From Chloroflexota bacterium (GTDB taxonomy: Bacteria; Chloroflexota; Anaerolineae; UBA4142), in contig JACQYF010000002.1 of assembly GCA_016208315.1 (NCBI GenBank), positions 39,820-63,819 of the forward strand: a stretch of DNA of 24,000 nucleotides, in the 5' to 3' direction. Under the pieces are notes generated by a model, which made no database searches, was not told where the DNA came from, and saw nothing but the letters and a program-made list of their open reading frames with translations. Positions within the stretch are counted from its first letter, which is position 1, and each line of letters opens with the position of its first letter. Below, one piece after another: positions 9,131-14,895 of this stretch. The translations under genes were made by a program, and so were the position numbers.

Positions 9131-9268
9131 GCGGGCGGGAGAGAGTTGCGCGGCAAACGCGCGGGGAATGTTCAATGGACGCGCATTAGGCGTTCATCGT
9201 CTGACTCCCTTTGCTCTCACTCGCTTGACCCTGCCTCGCATCCGTTGCGAAGCCAGTGTTGATTGCCC

Positions 9269-9583
9269 TCATTCTGTTTTGTTTTGTGGCGCGGTCGTTT
9301 CATGCGCGCGCGGCGGCAGCGTCGCGGTGAACTCGCGCAACCGCGTCAAGTCTTGCTGATCCAGCGGCGTTTCCATCTTCAGGGCGTGTTCGAGACGCCC
9401 GCGACTGCTCAGCGCCTCTTCCCAACACTCGCGCTGGCGGCATAGATACGCGCCGCGTCCGGATTTCTTGCCGGTCGCGTCCGCCTCAACCTTATTGTCC
9501 GCCGTCCGCACGACGCGCACAAGTTCGCGTTTTGCCCGCACCGTGCGACAGGCGATGCACGTGCGCTGGGGAATATGTTTCAT
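9269..9583 (-). CDS. ylxR: YlxR/RnpM-family (DUF448) RNA-binding protein
   Basis: MKHIPQRTCIACRTVRAKRELVRVV...GRGAYLC is the DUF448 signature. It sits in the conserved position between nusA and infB. Confidence 0.85.
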   Translation of the reverse strand: MKHIPQRTCIACRTVRAKRELVRVVRTADNKVEADATGKKSGRGAYLCRQRECWEEALSSRGRLEHALKMETPLDQQDLTRLREFTATLPPRAHETTAPQNKTE

Positions 9584-9659
9584 AGTTGGATAGTTTGCTA
9601 GTTGAATAGTTTCATAGTGTCGTAACTATCAAACTATGAAACTATCCAACTATTCAACT
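9584..9659. repeat. Tandem-octamer hairpin, unit AGTTNNAT (family E)
   Basis: Left arm AGTTGGAT AGTTTGCT AGTTGAAT AGTTTCAT AGT, loop GTCGTA, right arm ACT ATCAAACT ATGAAACT ATCCAACT ATTCAACT. The roughly 35-position stem has about 6 mismatches or wobbles. It occupies the whole spacer from the ylxR start codon (9583) to the nusA stop (9658-9660). Confidence 0.85.
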
Positions 9660-11226
9660 AACCCTCTTCATCGTTCAGAAAGTCGCGCGCCCGGCCGGCT
9701 TTGCGCTTGCGCTTGGCAACCACCTTGCCCAGTTTCTCGTCAAAGACGAGCATTTGGCGCTTGCGGCGGTCTTCCTTGCGCTTTTTCAATTCTTCTGCCG
9801 ATAACTCTTCATCCCCGGCTTCGGCCTCGAACTCTTCCCAGGCCTCTTCAAAGGTTTGCTCGGGTATCTCTTCGACCGGCGCGGCTACGGCGGGCGCCTG
9901 TGGCGGCGCGACGGCTTCCGGTTCGACGACGGTTGGAGCGGCCGCCTCGGGCGCTTTAGTTTCCGCAACCGCTTCCGGCGCGGCGGGCGCTTGGGCGACC
10001 GCTTGGGCCGGTTCCACGGAAGCCGGCTCTTCGGCTGCCACGGGTTGAGGTTCTGGCGCGGCGACGGGCGCGGCTTGCTCGGCAACAACCGGCGCCTCTT
10101 TGCTCACGGCTTCTGCCACAATTTCTTCTGGCGCTACGGCGGCCGGTTCTTCCAATTCGACGGGCGGCGCGGGCACGACCGCTTCTGCGACCTGGGTCTC
10201 GCTCTTGATATCAATGCGCCAGCCCGTTAGCTTGGCCGCGAGCCGCGCGTTCTGGCCCTCTTTGCCGATCGCCAGCGAAAGCTGCCGGTCCTGCACGACG
10301 ACGTTCGCGACCTTGTCGCCGTTCGCGTCCTCGGCCAAACGAACCGAAATGACTTTGGCCGGGCTGAGCGCGTTCGCGACGAAAGCGCCCGGATCGGAAC
10401 TCCATTCGACGACGTCAATTTTCTCACCATTCAATTCGTTGACGATGGCCTGGATGCGCACGCCGCGCTGCCCCACGCACGCGCCCACCGGATCAATGCC
10501 ATCCTGCCGCGCGACGACCGCGATCTTGGAGCGCGATCCGGATTCGCGGGCGATGGCTTTGATCTCGACCAAGCCGTTGAAAATCTCGGGCACTTCGAGT
10601 TCGAACAAGCGCCGCAGCATATTGCGGTGCGTGCGCGATAGAATCACCTGCGGGCCGCGCGACGTCTTGTTGACTTCGCTGATATAGGCGCGAATCTTTT
10701 GGTTGTGCCGGTAACGCTCGGTCGGAATCTGCTCCGAGCGCGGCAGGACCGCTTCGATCTTGCCCAGACTCACCGTGATATTTTGCGCGTCCACGTTGTG
10801 GACGGTCCCGTGAACGATCTCGCCCTCGCGCTCGGCGTACGACGTATACAACGCATCCCGTTCGGCTTCGCGAATCCGCTGGAGGATCACCTGCTTGGCG
10901 GTTTGCGCGGCAATGCGCCCAAAATCGTCCGGGGTCGCTTCGATTTGAATCGTCCCGCCGATTTGGGCCATCGGGTCGAAGGTCTTGGCGTCGGCCAAAG
11001 AAATCTCGGCGCGGCGATCATGCACCTCGTCCACAATGGCTTTGTGGGCGAAAATTTTCACCTTGCCGCTGGTCGGCTCGATGGTGGCCGAAATATCCTG
11101 TCCTCCGCCAAAGTTGCGCTTGTACGCAGAAACGAGGGCTTGCTCGACGGCCTGAATGACGACCTCTTTAGGCAGACTGCGTTCGCTGCAAAGCTGCGTA
11201 ATGGCGACGAGGAAATCGTTCTTCAT
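9658..11226 (-). CDS. nusA: Transcription termination/antitermination factor NusA with a long Ala/Pro/Glu-rich C-terminal extension
   Basis: The N-terminus [37 protein letters not shown] is followed by S1 and KH regions (GEIVHGTV..., [34 protein letters not shown]). ATG at 11226 has GAGGT upstream; the ORF-track start at 11271 adds 15 unsupported codons. Confidence 0.95.
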   Translation of the reverse strand: MKNDFLVAITQLCSERSLPKEVVIQAVEQALVSAYKRNFGGGQDISATIEPTSGKVKIFAHKAIVDEVHDRRAEISLADAKTFDPMAQIGGTIQIEATPDDFGRIAAQTAKQVILQRIREAERDALYTSYAEREGEIVHGTVHNVDAQNITVSLGKIEAVLPRSEQIPTERYRHNQKIRAYISEVNKTSRGPQVILSRTHRNMLRRLFELEVPEIFNGLVEIKAIARESGSRSKIAVVARQDGIDPVGACVGQRGVRIQAIVNELNGEKIDVVEWSSDPGAFVANALSPAKVISVRLAEDANGDKVANVVVQDRQLSLAIGKEGQNARLAAKLTGWRIDIKSETQVAEAVVPAPPVELEEPAAVAPEEIVAEAVSKEAPVVAEQAAPVAAPEPQPVAAEEPASVEPAQAVAQAPAAPEAVAETKAPEAAAPTVVEPEAVAPPQAPAVAAPVEEIPEQTFEEAWEEFEAEAGDEELSAEELKKRKEDRRKRQMLVFDEKLGKVVAKRKRKAGRARDFLNDEEG

Positions 11227-11307
11227 CTTAAAATTACCTCGAACAAATAGTGGGGCAAATTGACTCGGCACCGACGGTGCCGCTTTGCCCTACCCTCCGA
11301 TAAACAA

Positions 11308-11332
11308 GAAAAGTGGGGGATGCCCACTTTTC
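11308..11332 (-). terminator. Terminator-like hairpin in the nusA 5' leader (possible attenuator)
   Basis: Perfect 10-bp stem GAAAAGTGGG (11308-11317) / CCCACTTTTC (11323-11332) with a 5-nt loop. On the minus strand it is followed by TTGTTTAT. It lies between the predicted promoter (11364-11392) and the nusA start (11226). Confidence 0.45.
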
Positions 11333-11363
11333 AAAAGGGTCGTACGGAGGTTGAACGGCTGCT

Positions 11364-11392
11364 AGTATAGCATATTCCGCGAAATGTTGCAA
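11364..11392 (-). promoter_or_regulatory. Sigma-70-type promoter for the nusA cluster
   Basis: The minus strand reads TTGCAA (11392-11387), a 17-nt spacer, then TATACT (11369-11364). This is near-consensus and about 130 nt upstream of the nusA ATG. Confidence 0.55.
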
Positions 11393-11423
11393 ATTGCGTA
11401 CGCATGCCGTTCACGCCGCAGTG

Positions 11424-11432
11424 TGGTATAAT
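11424..11432 (+). promoter_or_regulatory. Extended -10 promoter element for the divergent ydcF-like gene
   Basis: TGGTATAAT (TG at 11424-11425, TATAAT at 11427-11432) lies 36 nt upstream of the ATG at 11468. I found no good -35. Confidence 0.45.
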
Positions 11433-11467
11433 CGGGACAAAATGGACAACTCCTGGAAATTGATTCG

Positions 11468-12142
11468 ATGTTTGCCAACGTGATTATAGCCGTCGTCAAA
11501 ACGAGCGTCAGGCGACGGATCTGGATACTCCCGCTTTGCGCGCTCGTCGCCCTCTTGGTTGTCGTCGGCGTTCTATACCAACGCGTGGATGCCCAAGCGC
11601 AAATTGACCAAGCGCAACCCGTGGATGCCATCATCGTGCTCGGGTCGGCGGTTCGGCCCAGCGGCCGGGCCAGTCCGTCTCTCAACGCGCGCATACAACA
11701 TGGCATCGCGCTCTACAAGGCGGGTTACGCCTCACACTTGATTCTGACCGGCGGCTTGGGTCAGTATCCGCCGACCGAAGCCGAAGTGATGCGCCGGCTG
11801 GCCGCGGCCGCGGGCGTGCCCGCCGAAGCGATCGTCCTCGAAGACACGTCGCACTCGACGGAGGAACAGCTCACGAATGTCAAGCAGATCATGGGCGCGC
11901 GCGGTTGGCGCAGCGCGTTGATCGTCAGCGATCCCTTCCATCTCTATCGCGCCGACATGATGGCGCGCGACCTGGGCCTCGTGGCCTACGGCTCGCCGGC
12001 GAGCAACAGCCCGACCTACACGGCCCCGCACCTCCGCGTGTGGTACACGACGCGGGAAGCCATCGCCATCCTCTGGTATCAGGCCACGCGCGCGTTCGGT
12101 GAGCCGGCGTGGCTGTACGCGTTGTTGAAAGGTAAAGTGTGA
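11468..12142 (+). CDS. YdcF/ElyC-like DUF218 family protein with an N-terminal membrane anchor
   Basis: AIIVLGSAV...RIQHGIALYKAGYASHLILTGG...TEAEVM...GVPAEAIVLEDTSHSTEEQ...ALIVSDPFHLYRA shows the DUF218 pattern. Confidence 0.8.
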   Translation: MFANVIIAVVKTSVRRRIWILPLCALVALLVVVGVLYQRVDAQAQIDQAQPVDAIIVLGSAVRPSGRASPSLNARIQHGIALYKAGYASHLILTGGLGQYPPTEAEVMRRLAAAAGVPAEAIVLEDTSHSTEEQLTNVKQIMGARGWRSALIVSDPFHLYRADMMARDLGLVAYGSPASNSPTYTAPHLRVWYTTREAIAILWYQATRAFGEPAWLYALLKGKV

Positions 12143-12189
12143 ATTACAGATTACCAATTACTCCTATGGGTAATTAGTAATTGGTAATT
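12142..12189. repeat. Tandem-heptamer hairpin, unit AATTACM / GTAATTR (family B, copy 2)
   Basis: AATTACAGATTACCAATTAC (12142-12161), loop TCCTATGG, then GTAATTAGTAATTGGTAATT (12170-12189). This gives about 20 pairing positions with 2 mismatches and 1 G-T. It starts at the last base of the ydcF-like stop and ends at the SD (GGAGA, 12190-12194) of the next gene. Confidence 0.85.
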
Positions 12190-12198
12190 GGAGATTGT

Positions 12199-13914
12199 AT
12201 GGATCGCGCCATTCCGTTTTCGGCCAGTGAAGAGATCGAACTGTATCAGCGGACGTATTATTCGCTGCTGCGGTCGAGCGGCGAAATTCAGATCAAGTCG
12301 CTGATCGAGACTCACGCGCAGATGGATTCGTCCCTACACATCCACGCGCGCGCCGAGTTTCCCGACATGGCCGCGTTCGTCTATTCCACGCTGCGCCTGC
12401 CCGATTGCATTAAGTCGGTGCGCCTCGTCGTGCTCGGACAGTCGGACGAGGTGTTTCTCAAAGCCGGCTTGACCGACGTGGAGCATTGGCAAGAGGTCAG
12501 CGCGCCCGGGCGACGGCGCAAATACTATTACGACGGCCGCGAAACGCTGGCGGCCTTTATCGCCAGCGCGTCGGACATTGACGATCTCATTCCCATCTTG
12601 ACCGCGTACGAGATCGAATGGAACAAACTTAACGATCTGCTCGAGCGCTCCGGCGCGGCGGCTCGCCTCCGCCAATACTCTGAACGCGGCGCGCCAACGT
12701 CGTCGGGCGAACGCGAGCAACTGGCGAACGACCTGCGGATCAGCTTGAGCGATTGGGCGACTCTGGAGAACATCTGGGGCGCGGCGCTTGCGCCCAATTT
12801 ACTCACCATCGCCGCCGGGCGGAAACACTTTGCGCTGCGGCTGCTCGCCGGGTCGCTGGTGGATTACCACAAGGCCACGCAGCGGTGGTGGAACCATATT
12901 GCGCGCGAGGCGGGCACCGTCATCGGCAATCGGCCGGTCTATTTCGTATCATCGAACACGCACAGTTTCGTCAATTTGGTTTCGGGTTATGCGTTGGAGC
13001 ACGAGCGCGAGTTGATTGACTATATCGGGGAAATGCCACATCAAGACTTGCTGCGGGAGTACCAGGCGATTCAGGCGGAAGAGGTCAAGAGCAGCAAAGA
13101 AAATTTCTTGTACTATGTTTTGAAAAAATATTGCGCCGATCCGGAGAATGTCGCCGCCGGGCGCGAGAAAGAGCGCCGAGAAACCGAAGTGGGCATCACC
13201 TACGTCAAGAGCGATCGCTATTTGGACGTGGATGCCCAGGTCATCGAATTGAACAAACTGATCCCGGAACGGCTCGATCCGCGCCTGCCGCACGAGCACG
13301 TCAGGCGTTTGCAGAATAGCGACGCCGTGATTTTCAATATTGACTATCCCTTGGGCTTGGCGGCTTACCAGATTCTTTCTGAGGTTACGCAGAACGTAGA
13401 CCAGATCAAGGGCATTTACTCGCTCGGCAAAGCGGCGACGTTGAACGGTCGCATCGGCGATGTGATCATTCCGAATGTCGTGTACGACGAGCATTCGCAG
13501 AATACGTACTTGTTCAACAACTGCTTTACGGCACGCGACATTGCGCCGTACCTCGTCTACGGTTCGGTGCTCGACAACCAAAAGGCCATCAGCGTCAAAG
13601 GGACGTTCTTGCAAAATCGCCGGTTCATGGAGCTATTTTATCGCGAGGGTTATACCGATATCGAGATGGAGGCCGGGCCGTATCTCTCGGCCATTTACGA
13701 GATCAGTTACCCGCGACGCTATCCGGTCAACGAAATCGTGCGCTTGTACCATGTGGATTTGGATGCGGGGTTTCTCCACTATGCGACGGATACGCCGTAC
13801 AGCAAGGGGAAAAATCTCGGGACGGTCCACCCATCCTACTACGGCATGGACCCCACCTATGCGACCGCGCTCGCGGTGTTGCAGCGGATTTTGAAACGGG
13901 AGACGCGTGGGTGA
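12199..13914 (+). CDS. Uncharacterised 571-aa protein; the C-terminal part resembles the PNP/UDP-1 (nucleoside phosphorylase / AMP nucleosidase) fold
   Basis: A long ORF with GGAGA 4 nt upstream of the ATG at 12199. C-terminal motif order AVIFNIDYPLGLAAYQIL ... GDVIIPNVVYDEHS ... TDIEMEAGPY parallels AMP nucleosidase and PNP-family catalytic domains (the E-M-E motif). I do not recognise the N-terminal ~340 aa. Confidence 0.55.
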   Translation: MDRAIPFSASEEIELYQRTYYSLLRSSGEIQIKSLIETHAQMDSSLHIHARAEFPDMAAFVYSTLRLPDCIKSVRLVVLGQSDEVFLKAGLTDVEHWQEVSAPGRRRKYYYDGRETLAAFIASASDIDDLIPILTAYEIEWNKLNDLLERSGAAARLRQYSERGAPTSSGEREQLANDLRISLSDWATLENIWGAALAPNLLTIAAGRKHFALRLLAGSLVDYHKATQRWWNHIAREAGTVIGNRPVYFVSSNTHSFVNLVSGYALEHERELIDYIGEMPHQDLLREYQAIQAEEVKSSKENFLYYVLKKYCADPENVAAGREKERRETEVGITYVKSDRYLDVDAQVIELNKLIPERLDPRLPHEHVRRLQNSDAVIFNIDYPLGLAAYQILSEVTQNVDQIKGIYSLGKAATLNGRIGDVIIPNVVYDEHSQNTYLFNNCFTARDIAPYLVYGSVLDNQKAISVKGTFLQNRRFMELFYREGYTDIEMEAGPYLSAIYEISYPRRYPVNEIVRLYHVDLDAGFLHYATDTPYSKGKNLGTVHPSYYGMDPTYATALAVLQRILKRETRG

Positions 13915-13969
13915 GTATGGGGGTGTGGGAGTATGGGAGCGCCCCCCACACTCCCACACTCCCATACTC
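13913..13969. repeat. Tandem-octamer hairpin, unit GGGAGTAT/GGGGGTGT (family A, copy 2)
   Basis: 13913-13939 pairs with 13943-13969 over 27 positions (24 Watson-Crick, 1 G-T, 2 mismatches) with loop CGC. It overlaps the TGA of the upstream gene and sits between convergent genes (stops at 13912-13914 and 13979-13981). Confidence 0.88.
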
Positions 13970-13978
13970 ATCACTCCC

Positions 13979-14881
13979 TCACCTGATGTTGATGCTCCCC
14001 ACCCCGCCGTCCACCTCGATGTCAATCTTGTTCGTGGCGCTCGCATAATCCGCGCTCTGATAGATCTCACCCGACTTGGGAAAGCGCGCCTGATCTACAT
14101 TGATGCCGCCCAGTCCAGCGTCCACACGCACCCGCGCGGCGACGCCTGGCGGAATGGTGACGGTCGCCGAGCCAACGCCGCCGTTGAGCCGCATGGTCAC
14201 GCTGCCGGTTTTCGGCGTGGTCACGGCCAGCGAACCGATGCCGGTGTCCACGGAAAGCGCGGTAACGTTGAGCGCGGAAAGGTCCAGCATCGCGCGCCCG
14301 ATGCCGCCGTTGACGTTCAGCACGATGGGGACCGCCGGATTCAGTCCCAACTCCCAACGGCTCACGCTGCCGCCGCCCAAGATAAAGTTGACGCCTTCTG
14401 CTTTTAGCCCCAACCGCCCTTCGTTTCCAACCACGTTGTACGATTTGACGACCCGCGCGCCTTGGGCGTGAGCGAACGTCCCCTTCATTAGGTCGCCAGA
14501 ATCGGAACCGAGCGAATTCACCGTGGTATTGGAAAAGCCAATGTCGAGATTCACTCGGGCGCTCTGGATGTCTCCGAGGGGCTGGGCCAATTGCTCGGTG
14601 GTCGCCGGAGCGGTCGCCAGAAATCCGCCGCCCTGGGCATACGCAAGCCAGAGCACGCCGCCGATCAGCGCGACCCACAGCACGACCACGAGGAGCGCGC
14701 CCAGCGCGGATCGCCGTCCGAAAAGAATCTCCAGGCCCATCAAAATGAAAATCGTCGGCCAGAAGCGATAGGCGATTTCCCAGAACGAAAGCGGCAGCAG
14801 CCCCATGTTGGCGAGCAGGAAAAGCACGCCGATGGTGATCAGGATGAGCGGCCCAATCACGCCCGGACGTCGGTGTTCCAT
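13979..14881 (-). CDS. Membrane-anchored LiaF-like / toastrack (DUF2154/DUF4097-type) protein
   Basis: The ATG at 14881 is preceded by AAGGAGA. The N-terminal TM region (GPLILITIGVLFLLANMGLL) resembles LiaF-type TM domains. The C-terminus has repetitive beta-strand-like segments (VNGGIGRAMLDLS, VDTGIGSLAVT, LNGGVGSATVTIP, VDAGLGGINV, VDGGVGSINI). It lies 14 nt downstream of the mutL stop. Confidence 0.7.
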   Translation of the reverse strand: MEHRRPGVIGPLILITIGVLFLLANMGLLPLSFWEIAYRFWPTIFILMGLEILFGRRSALGALLVVVLWVALIGGVLWLAYAQGGGFLATAPATTEQLAQPLGDIQSARVNLDIGFSNTTVNSLGSDSGDLMKGTFAHAQGARVVKSYNVVGNEGRLGLKAEGVNFILGGGSVSRWELGLNPAVPIVLNVNGGIGRAMLDLSALNVTALSVDTGIGSLAVTTPKTGSVTMRLNGGVGSATVTIPPGVAARVRVDAGLGGINVDQARFPKSGEIYQSADYASATNKIDIEVDGGVGSINIR

Positions 14882-14895
14882 GTTGTCTCCTTTGA

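Noticed and set aside
8988-9268. Expected ylxQ/L7Ae-like gene or other small CDS between ylxR and infB
   Set aside because: No minus-strand ORF of suitable length or composition is present, and the + strand ORF 9168-9359 has no SD or recognisable sequence. I treat the region as an untranslated leader containing element B1.
9660-10200. Ala/Pro/Glu-rich repeats at the NusA C-terminus and the Pro/Ala-rich IF-2 N-terminus (8560-8987) as DNA repeat elements
   Set aside because: These are low-complexity protein regions common in these factors. The DNA is GC-rich and lacks the 7-8-nt periodicity and inverted arms of the other elements.
11362-11706. 114-aa minus-strand ORF spanning the nusA/ydcF divergent promoter region
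   Set aside because: It overlaps the start of the ydcF-like gene and both predicted promoters, and it has Cys/Arg/Thr-rich composition with no motifs.
13913-13969. Calling the periodic hairpins canonical rho-independent terminators
   Set aside because: None is followed by a U-tract on either strand. Several lie between co-transcribed genes or inside CDSs. Only 358-390 and 11308-11332 have terminator-like T-rich tails.
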